Below are positions 1-9,775 of a stretch of DNA of 64,000 bases, one piece after another; position 1 is the stretch's first letter, and the number at the start of each line of letters is the position of its first letter. A model generated the notes under the pieces. It was not told the DNA's origin, searched no databases, and worked only from the letters and a program-made list of their open reading frames with translations. The translations under genes were made by a program, and so were the position numbers. The stretch lies in assembly GCA_902613995.1 (NCBI GenBank), contig CACMJG010000003.1, positions 70,054 to 134,053 of the forward strand, written 5' to 3'. The stretch is from an uncultured Alphaproteobacteria bacterium. Lineage in GTDB: Bacteria > Pseudomonadota > Alphaproteobacteria > Methylaequorales > Methylaequoraceae.

Positions 1-29
1 TTAGATTTTTAAAGAAAATTTTCTACAAG

Positions 30-647
30 CTATCTTGAATAATATTCAATAACTAAGTTTGGCTCCATTACAACTGGATAAGGTACTTCATCAAGTTTAG
101 GACCCTTTACGAAGGTACCTTTAAGCTTGTCGTAATCAACCGATAAGTATTGGGGAGTCTCTCTTTCCGTAGAGCTAATAGCTTCTAATAAAACTGGGAT
201 TTCTCGACTTTTTTCTTTAACTTCAACAATATCTCCGTCTTTTAAAGAATATGATGAAATAGTTACTTTTTTTCCATTTACTAAAATATGGCCGTGACTT
301 ACAAATTGTCGGGCAGCAAAAATAGTAGTTGAGAATTTCATTCTGTAGACTGTAGCATCAAGTCTTCGTTCTAACAATTCTATAAGATTTTCACTTGTAT
401 TACCCTTAATCTTGGAGGCCTTAAAGAATAAATTTCTGAATTGTTTTTCAGTAATATATCCGTAATGGCATTTAAGCTTTTGTTTAGCCATAAGTTGTAT
501 CCCGAAATCAGAGGGCTTCTTTTTTCTACTTTGTCCATTTAGGCCAGGTGGATAATCTCTTCTATTAAATGGGCTTTTAGGTCTTCCCCATAAGTTACAT
601 CTGAGTCGTCTATCAATTTTATATTTTGATTTTAAAATTCTAGTCAT
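30..647 (-). CDS. rpsD: 30S ribosomal protein S4
   Basis: 205-aa ORF with a basic N-terminus and a C-terminal S4 RNA-binding domain ([11 protein letters not shown]...DGDIVEV), typical length for bacterial S4. Confidence 0.95.
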   Translation of the reverse strand: MTRILKSKYKIDRRLRCNLWGRPKSPFNRRDYPPGLNGQSRKKKPSDFGIQLMAKQKLKCHYGYITEKQFRNLFFKASKIKGNTSENLIELLERRLDATVYRMKFSTTIFAARQFVSHGHILVNGKKVTISSYSLKDGDIVEVKEKSREIPVLLEAISSTERETPQYLSVDYDKLKGTFVKGPKLDEVPYPVVMEPNLVIEYYSR

Positions 648-689
648 CAGGTGAAATATACTTTTAATTTTTTTTATGTCAAATTACTT

Positions 690-1424
690 TTACTTGTTTT
701 TTCTTAAATTTTTAATTATTCCAAGAAGTGTTGAAATATCTCGCGATGTTAATTCGAGTTTAGTAAAAATGTTACGAATTTTTTGAACCAATATTTTTTT
801 TCTTTCCAATACTGAAAAAAAACCGTTTTCCTCTAAATGTTCTTGTAAAATTAATAGGAAATTGAAAAGCTCACCTTTGGTTGCTTGGAGATCACTTTTT
901 TTTTTAACATTCGAAATCAAAAGTCTTTTAGGAAAATTTCCACTCCATATTTCGTATGCTACTATTGAAACGGCATGAGAAAGGTTTAATGAAGAAAATT
1001 TTGGGTTTGAATTAATCTTTAAGAAATAATCACAAATTGATAAATGCTCATTTTCAAGCCCACTTTTTTCAGGGCCAAAAACAATTCCTACTTTATTTTT
1101 AGAATTTGAGATTATTTTATTTAATTTTTGAAAAGTTATTTGCTTCTTTTTAATTGACCTCAATCTGTTAGTTGTAGCAATGAGAATGTTAAGGTCTTTA
1201 ACAGAGTCTTCGAAAACGCTAAATTTTTTTATATTTTTTATAACTGAATCAGCACCGGCTGAAAGTGGAATAATCTTTTCATTCGAAAGTTCAAAAAGAG
1301 GAGATACAACTCGAAGGTTTTTAAGATTAAAATTTAACATTGCTCTAGCAGTTGCCCCTAAATTTTCTGGTATTTGGGTATTGACCAAAACAATTTCAGG
1401 CATACATGATTTTTTCATGATCAC
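690..1424 (-). CDS. SpoU/TrmH-family RNA 2'-O-methyltransferase (TrmJ-like)
   Basis: IVLVNTQIPENLGATARAM opening, GPEKSGL and LNLSHAV motifs of SPOUT methyltransferases, plus a C-terminal extension as in the TrmJ group. The true start may be an internal Met. Confidence 0.8.
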   Translation of the reverse strand: MIMKKSCMPEIVLVNTQIPENLGATARAMLNFNLKNLRVVSPLFELSNEKIIPLSAGADSVIKNIKKFSVFEDSVKDLNILIATTNRLRSIKKKQITFQKLNKIISNSKNKVGIVFGPEKSGLENEHLSICDYFLKINSNPKFSSLNLSHAVSIVAYEIWSGNFPKRLLISNVKKKSDLQATKGELFNFLLILQEHLEENGFFSVLERKKILVQKIRNIFTKLELTSRDISTLLGIIKNLRKNK

Positions 1425-3025
1425 TAAGATTTAAGAAGATGATATGTAATGCTGTCATTTAAGGCAATATATGAGGCATCAATGACATTATGAGAAACTC
1501 CGATTGTTGACCATTTTAATTTGTCATTTTTGGACTCGATTCTTACTCTTACAAGAGCTTTCGTACCGTCTTGAGGTGTTAAGATTCTGACTTTGTAATC
1601 AACTAAATTTAATTTTTTTATTCTAGGATAAAATTTTATTAAAGCATTCCTTAGAGCCATATCCAAAGCATGTATAGGTCCATTACCCTCTGCTGCACTG
1701 TAAAAGCTTTTCTTTCCAACAAAAATCTTTACTCTTGCTTCAGAAAACGGAACGAACTCATTTTTAATATTTTTTCTTTTTTCATCAGATACTTTAAAAT
1801 TTTCAAGATTATAAAACTCTTTAAATCTCTGAAACACTCTTTTTGCTAAAAGTTCAAAGCTTGCTTCAGCTCCGTCATACGCATAACCTAGAAATTCTTG
1901 TTCTTTAATTTTTTCTAGAAATTTAATAACTTTTTTTTCTTTATTTTGTACATTAATTTTTAATTTTTTTAGTTTGTTTATTATGTTACTTTTTCCAGAC
2001 TGATTAGAAACGACCAAAACTCTTTCATTCCCAATTTGTTTTGGGTCAATGTGTTCATAACATCTTGGATCTTTCTCAACTGCAGCAATGTGAAGGCCAC
2101 CTTTATGTGCAAATGCAGCTGAACCAACAAAAGGCAGGTTTCTTTGAGACTCTCTATTTAAAGTTTCATCAATAAATCTACTTGCAAATGTTAAGTTATG
2201 TATTTTTTTTTTTAAGCTACATTCGAAACCCATTTTTAATATTGCATTAGCAGCGACATTAATGAGGTTAGCATTTCCACATCTTTCGCCGAGACCGTTA
2301 AAAGTACCTTGAACTTGAGTAATTCCCTGCCTGATAGATTCTAGTGAATTGTACGTAGCGTTATCTGTATCATTATGAAAATGAACACCAATCATACTTT
2401 CTGGAACTACTTTTTTCACCTCATTAAAAATATTTTCTAACTCATGTGGTAATGTTCCACCATTTGTATCACATAGAATTATCCAATTAGCACCAGCATC
2501 ATAGGCTCTTTTAATGGAGTTTAATGAGTATTCTTTATTATTTTTGTACCCATCAAAAAAATGTTCAGCATCAAACAACACCTCATCAACTCTTTTACAT
2601 GCAAATGCAATAGTATCGCTTATCATATCCAAATTCTTATTTAAAGGGATCTTCAAAGCATTCTTTACATGGAAATCCCAGGATTTTCCAACCAAACAAA
2701 CTGTTGAAACGCCAGAATTAAGAACTGCATTAAGTCCGGAATCATTTTGAGAACTTTTTCCAAATTTTCTCATCATACCGAAAGCAACGGCTTTAGAATT
2801 ACGTAATTTTGGAAGTTTTTGGAAAAATACATTATCTGTAGGATTGGCTCCTGGCCAACCACCCTCAATATAATCAATACCAATTTCATCCAATAATGAA
2901 ATTATTTTTAATTTATCGTTTAAACTAAAGTTCACCCCTTTTGTTTGAGCACCATCTCTTAGTGTGCTGTCGTATAACTTAATCTTCTTCTTCACAATTT
3001 GATTCCACTCTTTTAATAATCTCAT
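1424..3025 (-). CDS. cimA: (R)-citramalate synthase / LeuA-family paralog
   Basis: LYDSTLRDGAQ DRE-TIM signature, HFHNDT metal site and a long C-terminal regulatory domain. Distinct from the canonical leuA at 60353-61933. Start uncertain: ATG 3025 overlaps gltX by 47 nt, and there is an in-frame GTG at 2995. Confidence 0.8.
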   Translation of the reverse strand: MRLLKEWNQIVKKKIKLYDSTLRDGAQTKGVNFSLNDKLKIISLLDEIGIDYIEGGWPGANPTDNVFFQKLPKLRNSKAVAFGMMRKFGKSSQNDSGLNAVLNSGVSTVCLVGKSWDFHVKNALKIPLNKNLDMISDTIAFACKRVDEVLFDAEHFFDGYKNNKEYSLNSIKRAYDAGANWIILCDTNGGTLPHELENIFNEVKKVVPESMIGVHFHNDTDNATYNSLESIRQGITQVQGTFNGLGERCGNANLINVAANAILKMGFECSLKKKIHNLTFASRFIDETLNRESQRNLPFVGSAAFAHKGGLHIAAVEKDPRCYEHIDPKQIGNERVLVVSNQSGKSNIINKLKKLKINVQNKEKKVIKFLEKIKEQEFLGYAYDGAEASFELLAKRVFQRFKEFYNLENFKVSDEKRKNIKNEFVPFSEARVKIFVGKKSFYSAAEGNGPIHALDMALRNALIKFYPRIKKLNLVDYKVRILTPQDGTKALVRVRIESKNDKLKWSTIGVSHNVIDASYIALNDSITYHLLKS

Positions 3026-4313
3026 CTTTTCTGATTAATGTCAGTAAGTCATTCATACTTGGTCCATATTTTTTTCCAGTTAAGATCTGTCTTAGAGTAA
3101 TATAAAGAACTTTTGGTTTAATCTCAAAATTTTCTAAAATCTTATTAGTCCAGACAGACCATAAATCCTTGTCTACTTTTTCGGGAATAAATTTAAGTAT
3201 TATGGATTTTAAAGGTTTTTTTAAAATTATTTTATTCTCTATCAAGAAATTATTTTGTACCAAATCAAACCATTCTTTAGCTTCATCAATTGAATTGATA
3301 TTAGATCGAACAATCAACCAAAATTTATTTTCAAAATTTACGTTAAAAGTTTTTTTCACAGTTTCAATATCTAAGTTTTTCAAATATTTTGAATTTATTC
3401 TCTCGATATCATTAGGATCAAAGAAAACTGAATTTTTTGAAAAATTGTTAATGTTAAAATTTTTATATAAGGTTTTCATATCATCTATACTTTCAAATGA
3501 TTGGTTAGTTCCTATTTTTTGAAGATAATTAATTAAAACTAATTGTGAAACTTTTTGTTTTCTAAATTCGCGAACTGAAAAATCGTCTGATCTTTTTGAT
3601 AAACCCTGTCCAGAAATAGATTTAATAAGTGGAAAATGTCCAAATTCAGGTATTTTGGCATCAATAAGTTTAAATAACTTTATCTGAGCTGCTGTGTTTG
3701 TAATATGATCGTCTCCTCTAAAAATATGTGAAACTTCGGTGTCAGCATCGTCAACAACAGATGTAATAGTGAATAAAGGCATTTCATCTGATCGAAATAC
3801 AACAGGATCAGAAACTGACAAGTTTGAAAAAATAATTTTTCCGTGAATCATATCAGACCATTCAATAGTTTCATCATCTAACTTTAGTCTCCAGTGAGGT
3901 CTTTTGCCAGACTGGATTAATGAGTGTATTTCACTTTTTTTTAGTCTTAGAGATGTTCTGTCATAGATTGGCGGTTTCCCCTGTTTTAAAAGAATCTTCC
4001 TTTTTAAGGAAAGTTCATCTGCTGATTCAAAACAAGGATAAATAAAATTTTTATTTTTCAAGAAATCAAAAATTTCCTTATATTTAGAAATTCTCTCTGA
4101 CTGTTTTATTACTTTTTTATAATGAATCCCCAACCACTCTAAATCTTCAATTATTGATTCTATGAATTCAACTTTTGACCTCTCTTGATCAGTATCATCA
4201 ATTCGAAGAAAGAAGTTTAAATTATTTTTTTTTGCATACAAATAGTTAACTAATGCAACCCTAATGTTACCCATGTGTAAGAAACCAGTTGGACTTGGAG
4301 CAAATCTCAACAT
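2979..4313 (-). CDS. gltX: glutamyl-tRNA synthetase
   Basis: FAPSPTGFLHMGN (HIGH-type) and LSKRS (KMSKS-type) class I motifs; 444 aa. Confidence 0.93.
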   Translation of the reverse strand: MLRFAPSPTGFLHMGNIRVALVNYLYAKKNNLNFFLRIDDTDQERSKVEFIESIIEDLEWLGIHYKKVIKQSERISKYKEIFDFLKNKNFIYPCFESADELSLKRKILLKQGKPPIYDRTSLRLKKSEIHSLIQSGKRPHWRLKLDDETIEWSDMIHGKIIFSNLSVSDPVVFRSDEMPLFTITSVVDDADTEVSHIFRGDDHITNTAAQIKLFKLIDAKIPEFGHFPLIKSISGQGLSKRSDDFSVREFRKQKVSQLVLINYLQKIGTNQSFESIDDMKTLYKNFNINNFSKNSVFFDPNDIERINSKYLKNLDIETVKKTFNVNFENKFWLIVRSNINSIDEAKEWFDLVQNNFLIENKIILKKPLKSIILKFIPEKVDKDLWSVWTNKILENFEIKPKVLYITLRQILTGKKYGPSMNDLLTLIRKDEIIKRVESNCEEED

Positions 4314-5938
4314 TATAGATCAAATTTATTGGTAATTGGAAATCTTCTATCCAGTGATAATGACATTTTAGATACTTTTGGACCAATAGCAGATTGATAT
4401 CTTTTGAATTCAGAATTTTTAATCATTTTCCATATTTTCATTACATCATCTTTGATAAACCCTTTTTTAATAATAAATTTAACATCGCGATTCTCATCAA
4501 TCAAATATGACAGAATTTTATCTAAAATTTCATAAGGCGGTAATAAATCAGAATCTTTTTGATTATATTTAAGTTCAGCTGAGGGTTCCTTTGTTAAAAT
4601 TTCTTCTGGAATTATATTGTTTCTTTTTACTTTAAAATAGGACAACATATTTTTATTTCTCCATCTACAAAGTTCAAACACGTCAGTTTTATAAACATCT
4701 TTTAACAAGGAATAACCTCCACACATATCACCGTATAGGGTTGAATAACCAACAGCAAGTTCAGATTTATTTCCGGTTGTAACAAGCAGAGAATTTAATT
4801 TATTAGACAATGCCATGAGGATGAGACCTCTTAATCTGGATTGAATATTTTCTTCAGTAACATCCTCCTTAAATTTTTTAAATATAGGGTTTAAATGTTT
4901 TATAACAGTGTTTCGCAAAATTTCGATTGAAATTTCTGATGTTTTTATACCAACATTTTTGGAAAGAGCTTCTGCATCTTTTTTACTATCGTTACTAGAG
5001 AATTTAGAGGGAAGATAGAAAGAATGAATATTCTCACTATCAATTGTATCTGCTAAAATAGCCAAAGTTAATGCTGAATCTATTCCTCCTGATAACCCAA
5101 GATGAGCAAAACGAAAACCGTTATTAGTCATATAATTTTTCAGACCTAACATTAAAGCTCTGTATAAATTTTCAAACTTATTAATTTTCTTAATTTGTTT
5201 TTTTTTAGTTTTTGAATCTAAAATAAAATGAGTTTCAGACTCTTCAAAAAATTTTTCTTGTATTACAATTTTACCTAACTTATCCATAACAAAAGAACCT
5301 CCATCAAAAATGAGGTCATCTTGCGATCCGACCAGATTGACATAAACTAAACTGGATTTAAAATATTTTGCCCTTTTTGATGCATGACTTTGCCTCAACT
5401 TAAACTTCCCTATTTCAAACGGAGAGGCATTAATAACAACAATAAGATCTAACTTTTCCTTTTTTTTTTTTGTAAAATCTTTGGTCCACATGTCTTCACA
5501 TATTAAAAATTCAATTTTTTTATTTCGGTAATTGAAATATTCAGTTTTTATTTTGGTTGATGAAAAATACCTTTTTTCGTCAAAGACTCCATAATTCGGT
5601 AAGATCTTTTTTTGAACTGTATATATTATTTTTCCTGATTGAACTAAAAGCAATGCATTTGTAATTTCATTTATTTTCGAAAGTGGGATACTTAGTGCAA
5701 AGATTGTTTTTTTATTCTTAGTAAGATTTATAATTTTTTGTTTGAAGATCTGCACCTTCTTTAAGAAATCTTTTCGAAATAAAAGGTCTTGAGGAGGATA
5801 ACCAGTTAGAGACAATTCAGATGTCAAAAAGAGATCACAGTTTTGTGAAACTGCCTCACTGTAAGACTTTTTTAAAATCTCAAAATTACCCTCGATATCA
5901 CCAACTATTGTATTTTTTTGAGAAACAAAAATCTTTAT
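4313..5938 (-). CDS. nadE: glutamine-dependent NAD+ synthetase
   Basis: N-terminal nitrilase-like domain (ELSLTGYPPQDL) and C-terminal NAD synthetase with the SGGIDS PP-loop. The frame is open upstream of the track start (TTG 5827) and encodes the expected first strand/helix. Proposed ATA start at 5938 behind an AGGAGA SD (see findings). Confidence 0.85.
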   Translation of the reverse strand: MKIFVSQKNTIVGDIEGNFEILKKSYSEAVSQNCDLFLTSELSLTGYPPQDLLFRKDFLKKVQIFKQKIINLTKNKKTIFALSIPLSKINEITNALLLVQSGKIIYTVQKKILPNYGVFDEKRYFSSTKIKTEYFNYRNKKIEFLICEDMWTKDFTKKKKEKLDLIVVINASPFEIGKFKLRQSHASKRAKYFKSSLVYVNLVGSQDDLIFDGGSFVMDKLGKIVIQEKFFEESETHFILDSKTKKKQIKKINKFENLYRALMLGLKNYMTNNGFRFAHLGLSGGIDSALTLAILADTIDSENIHSFYLPSKFSSNDSKKDAEALSKNVGIKTSEISIEILRNTVIKHLNPIFKKFKEDVTEENIQSRLRGLILMALSNKLNSLLVTTGNKSELAVGYSTLYGDMCGGYSLLKDVYKTDVFELCRWRNKNMLSYFKVKRNNIIPEEILTKEPSAELKYNQKDSDLLPPYEILDKILSYLIDENRDVKFIIKKGFIKDDVMKIWKMIKNSEFKRYQSAIGPKVSKMSLSLDRRFPITNKFDL

Positions 5939-5954
5939 ATCAAATCTCCTTTTA

Positions 5955-7304
5955 TTATTTGATTTTCTTTAAATGAGAAGCTATCAGGAAAGCCAATTCA
6001 ATTGATTGGGAAGCATTTAGTCTTGGATCACAATGCGTATGATATCTACTGCTTAGATCTTTATCAGAAATTTTCTGCATGCCACCCATGCATTCTGTAA
6101 CATTTTGTCCTGTCATCTCTAAGTGTATACCGCCAGCATATGAACCTTCGCTTTTGTGAACTTTGAAGAATGATTTTACTTCAGATAAGATATTTTTAAA
6201 ATTACGTGTTTTATATCCACTTTTTGCCTTCTCTGTGTTGGCATGCATTGGATCGCATGACCAAACCACTTTAAGTTTATTTTTTTTTATTGCTTTTATA
6301 ATTGGTGGATATAGTTTTTCAATATTCCCAACTCCCATTCTAACAATCAATATAATTTTTCCTGCTTCATTTTTTGGATTAATTCTATTAATAACCTTTA
6401 CCAACTCATTATGTTCTGTTGTTGGTCCAACTTTAATTCCAATAGGATTACTTATTCCTGAACAGAACTCAACATGCGCACCATTTAAATCTCTTGTTCT
6501 ATCACCAATCCATAACATATGCGCACCGACATTATACCAATCTCCAGTTGTACTATCTATTCTTGTAAATGCAGACTCATATGGTAGAAGCAAAGCTTCG
6601 TGAGAAATATAAAAGTTTGTTTCTGAGAGTTGTCTTACATTATGGTTGTTCACACCACAGGCATTCATAAAATTTAAACATTCTGAGATTCTATTTGCTA
6701 AGTTTTTAAAATTTGAACCCTGTTTTGATTTTTTTACAAAATCAAGATTCCAACTCTGGATAGTAGACAAATCAGCGTAGCCACCATAAGCGAACGCCCT
6801 CAATAGATTCTGAGTTGAGGCTGCTTGATTGTAAGCCTGAATCATTCTTTCGGGGTCAGGTTCACGTGCTTTTTTTGAAAAATCAATGCAATTAATCATG
6901 TCACCCAAATAGCTTGGAAGTTCTAAGTCACCTTTTTTTTCAATTGGAGATGATCTTGGTTTGGCAAATTGACCAGCTAGTCTGCCTAATTTCACAACTG
7001 GAACTCCTGATGCAAATGATAAAATTACTGCCATCTGCATTATTACTCTAAATGTATCTCTAATGTAATTTGGATGAAATTCAGCAAAACTTTCTGCACA
7101 ATCTCCAGCTTGAAGTAGAAAACCTTTTCCATCAGCACATTTTGCTAATTCGCATTTCAGTTCCCTGACCTCACCAGCAAAGACCAAAGGTGGAAGTTTT
7201 TTCATCTTTTTTGTTATTTTATTCAACTTTGGAACATTATCATATACGGGCTGATGTAAAGCTTTCTTAAATTTCCAAGATTGAGGCGACCAATTTTCTT
7301 TCAT
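5955..7304 (-). CDS. 3-deoxy-7-phosphoheptulonate (DAHP) synthase, class II
   Basis: 449 aa; the WSPQSW opening and overall pattern fit class II (plant/actinobacterial-type) DAHP synthases. Confidence 0.88.
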   Translation of the reverse strand: MKENWSPQSWKFKKALHQPVYDNVPKLNKITKKMKKLPPLVFAGEVRELKCELAKCADGKGFLLQAGDCAESFAEFHPNYIRDTFRVIMQMAVILSFASGVPVVKLGRLAGQFAKPRSSPIEKKGDLELPSYLGDMINCIDFSKKAREPDPERMIQAYNQAASTQNLLRAFAYGGYADLSTIQSWNLDFVKKSKQGSNFKNLANRISECLNFMNACGVNNHNVRQLSETNFYISHEALLLPYESAFTRIDSTTGDWYNVGAHMLWIGDRTRDLNGAHVEFCSGISNPIGIKVGPTTEHNELVKVINRINPKNEAGKIILIVRMGVGNIEKLYPPIIKAIKKNKLKVVWSCDPMHANTEKAKSGYKTRNFKNILSEVKSFFKVHKSEGSYAGGIHLEMTGQNVTECMGGMQKISDKDLSSRYHTHCDPRLNASQSIELAFLIASHLKKIK

Positions 7305-7356
7305 AATCTTAACTTTATAATAACTTAGTAATTAAAATACAAATTAATATTCTATA

Positions 7357-8694
7357 TTACGTTTTTAAAGTAACGACCTCCTCTGCACATGTTGGGTGGA
7401 TTCCAATTGTTTTATCAAGTTGACTTTTTGTCAAGCCATTTACAACAGCAACTGAAAAACCTTGTATTATCTCCGCAGCATTTTCTCCTGCATAATGCAA
7501 ACCAACTATCTTGTCATTTAAAGCGTTAGTAATTAGTTTAATAAGAACTTTTTCCTTTGAATTTGACATTGAGAATTTAAGAGATCGAAATTGAGATTTA
7601 TAAACTTTGATTTTTTTATAAATCTTTTTAGCTTCATTTTCAGAGTAACCAACAAAAGCATAATTTGGATTAGAAAATACAGCAGTTGGAATATTTTTGT
7701 AGTCAAACTTCTTTTTATTGTTGGATTTAAGATTATTTACAAAAGTCATTGCTTCTGAAATAGCAACCGGTGTAAGTTGAACTTTGTCTATGACATCCCC
7801 AATAGCATAAATATTTTTAGCGGATGTTTTAAATAAATCATCAGTATGAATGGCACCTTTAAAATTGAGTTTAATTTTTGCATTTTCAATTTTCAATTTT
7901 GATATGTTTGGAACACGGCCCAAAGCTCCCATAACTTTTTCATATCTTCTGGTTTTATTTTTAAAAAAAACTTGATAATCTTTTTGTTTTAATTGAATCT
8001 TCTCGGGAAAATCTTCTACTATTATTTTTACACCTTTTTCCTGCATTTGTTGCATTATAAATTCAGATATCTCTTTATCAAAATCACTTAATATCCTTTT
8101 ACCTCGAACACATAAAGATGTGTTAACACCTAATCCATTAAAAATTGAGGCAAATTCAACTGCAATATATCCTCCCCCCATGATTAAAATATTTTTGGGT
8201 AATTTTTTTAAATCAAATGCCTCATCTGAAGACAAGATACTTACATTACTAAATTTATTGAGTTCTCTTGGTTTCGTCCCAACTGCAATCAAAATATTTT
8301 TTGAGTGAATATATTTATTGCCAACCTTTAAGGTGTTTTGATCCACAAATTCTGCATAATCTTCAAAGATTTTTACTTTTGAGTTTTCAAGTAAATTTTG
8401 ATAGATATTATTGAGCCTAAAAAGTTCTTTCTTTTTATTTTTAACAAGTTTGTTCCAACTAAATTTTGACTTATCGATTTTCCAACCAAATGATCTCATT
8501 AAGTTTAATTCCTCACTGTAATGAGAAGCAAATGAATATAGTTTTTTAGGAATACATCCTTTATTTACACAAGTACCTCCAAGGCGAGACCCCTCTGCTA
8601 TTCCAGTATTTATTCCAAGCGAAGAAGCGTATCGAGCTGCCCTTACGCCACCCGATCCACCACCAATTACAAATAAATCAAACTTTAAAGTCAT
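7357..8694 (-). CDS. gor: glutathione-disulfide reductase (pyridine nucleotide-disulfide oxidoreductase)
   Basis: GGGSGG FAD motif, redox-active CVNKGCIPKK and C-terminal GIHPTCAEE dimerisation motif. Confidence 0.85.
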   Translation of the reverse strand: MTLKFDLFVIGGGSGGVRAARYASSLGINTGIAEGSRLGGTCVNKGCIPKKLYSFASHYSEELNLMRSFGWKIDKSKFSWNKLVKNKKKELFRLNNIYQNLLENSKVKIFEDYAEFVDQNTLKVGNKYIHSKNILIAVGTKPRELNKFSNVSILSSDEAFDLKKLPKNILIMGGGYIAVEFASIFNGLGVNTSLCVRGKRILSDFDKEISEFIMQQMQEKGVKIIVEDFPEKIQLKQKDYQVFFKNKTRRYEKVMGALGRVPNISKLKIENAKIKLNFKGAIHTDDLFKTSAKNIYAIGDVIDKVQLTPVAISEAMTFVNNLKSNNKKKFDYKNIPTAVFSNPNYAFVGYSENEAKKIYKKIKVYKSQFRSLKFSMSNSKEKVLIKLITNALNDKIVGLHYAGENAAEIIQGFSVAVVNGLTKSQLDKTIGIHPTCAEEVVTLKT

Positions 8695-8767
8695 AAAATT
8701 TTGTTCTTTTTATAAGTCAGATAACACTTATATTATTCTGTTTCACTAAGAAATTCATTAGATATAC

Positions 8768-8801
8768 AAAAAAAAAGGGGTGTTACCACCCCTTTTTTGC
8801 A
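8768..8801 (-). terminator. rho-independent (bidirectional-type) terminator hairpin
   Basis: GGGGTG (8777-8782) / CACCCC (8787-8792) perfect 6-bp GC-rich stem with a 4-nt loop. It has an A-run on one side and a T-run on the other. It lies about 70 nt downstream of the 8864-9382 gene on the minus strand. Confidence 0.7.
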
Positions 8802-8863
8802 GTTAATGGAAAGCAAGCTTGCATAGTATTAAACGACTTAAAAAAAAATTCTTTACCACTTTT

Positions 8864-9382
8864 TCAAATATTTTTACAAAAACTATCTAAGACCGAACAG
8901 AATTCTTCTTTTTGAATTTCTTTAGATTTTGTCTGAATCAATGATTCTCCAAAAACCTTGGATCCAAGGTAATTTAACTGTATTCGAAATCCCTCAATAA
9001 AATTTTTTCCATTTCCTCCAGAAGAAGTACATATAAGTGACGGTTTATCTTTAAACCCTTCTTTCCAATCTTCAGTAGCTCTGCTAATCCATGCTATTGC
9101 GTTAGTAACAATAGGTGAAATCCCTCCATTATACTCTGGACTACACCATATGATTGCATTTGAGGCGCAAATCAAATTTTTAGATTTCTCAATATTTTGC
9201 GGAAAAGACTGATTTTTTTTAAACTTTTCTTCAAGTGTTGGGGTGTAAAGAGGTAAATCGAAATCTTCTAATGAGACAACTTCGCAATTCAAATTTTTTG
9301 TTTCTTTAATATAACTCTTAATACTTTTGGACAAATCAAAGTTGGAGTTTTTTGTAGATGAAATTATTAACAGTTTTGACAT
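8864..9382 (-). CDS. NADPH-dependent FMN reductase family flavoprotein
   Basis: Flavodoxin-like 172-aa ORF with the WCSPEYNGGISPIVTNAIAWIS motif typical of the FMN_red family. Confidence 0.75.
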   Translation of the reverse strand: MSKLLIISSTKNSNFDLSKSIKSYIKETKNLNCEVVSLEDFDLPLYTPTLEEKFKKNQSFPQNIEKSKNLICASNAIIWCSPEYNGGISPIVTNAIAWISRATEDWKEGFKDKPSLICTSSGGNGKNFIEGFRIQLNYLGSKVFGESLIQTKSKEIQKEEFCSVLDSFCKNI

Positions 9383-9397
9383 TTCAAGATAATAATT

Positions 9398-9775
9398 TTA
9401 GTTTAAATCTATTGCAAACTTTTTTAATATTTTAAAGTCAATAATTTTTAAAACGTCGATGTGCGTTGCTGCAAGAACTATAGGTGTTGCACTGGATTGG
9501 TTGTACGCCTCCACCCACCTTCCGGCGCATACACACCATCTATCTTGAGGTTTCAATCCAGGAAAGTTTATTTCTTTTTTTGGAGTAATCAAGTCATTTC
9601 CTTTGGAGAATTGGAATTCTAAAAATTTTTCATTCAAAATAGCACAAATCAGATGTTTGCCATAATCGCTCTCATGAGCATCACAACAACCATTTCTTCT
9701 ATATCCAGTCAGAGGTTCTTTTGAGCAAGTAATTAATTTATCACCTAAAACATTTAATTGAATTTTCTCCTTCAT
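9398..9775 (-). CDS. DUF2237 family protein
   Basis: PLTGYRRNGCC...HLICA...FPGLKPQDRWCVCAGRWVEA pattern characteristic of DUF2237. Confidence 0.8.
   Translation of the reverse strand: MKEKIQLNVLGDKLITCSKEPLTGYRRNGCCDAHESDYGKHLICAILNEKFLEFQFSKGNDLITPKKEINFPGLKPQDRWCVCAGRWVEAYNQSSATPIVLAATHIDVLKIIDFKILKKFAIDLN

Noticed and set aside
1180-1434. Many 60-146-aa ORFs in the track lie antisense to, or nested within, long well-supported genes. Examples: 1180-1434, 2514-2750, 3169-3522, 6163-6603, 8120-8308, 10454-10645, 11135-11350, 12183-12404, 13452-13640, 15743-15943, 18334-18522, 19747-19959, 20065-20457, 22407-22622, 23033-23236, 24313-24507, 29069-29266, 29963-30169, 30281-30604, 30613-30963, 31541-31788, 32018-32218, 32450-32656, 33376-33648, 34016-34207, 34963-35358, 35479-35667, 35830-36096, 36954-37223, 37520-37747, 38058-38345, 40120-40548, 41701-42042, 42150-42341, 43428-43613, 45519-45722, 45992-46228, 47144-47338, 48524-48715, 50061-50252, 52094-52481, 52971-53165, 53378-53560, 54272-54502, 54835-55075, 57223-57411, 58543-58857, 59700-60015.
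   Set aside because: They are shadow ORFs. Stop codons are rarer on the antisense strand of AT-rich coding sequence with biased codon use. Their products are low-complexity (F/L/I/S/K-rich) with no motifs, and every one is fully covered by a convincing gene.
2979-3025. The 47-nt overlap between gltX and cimA as a possible frameshift, fusion or programmed event.
   Set aside because: Both frames are intact with complete domains. An in-frame GTG at 2995 gives a natural cimA N-terminus (MKKKIKLYDSTLRDG) and reduces the overlap to 17 nt, so this is most likely just a start-codon call.
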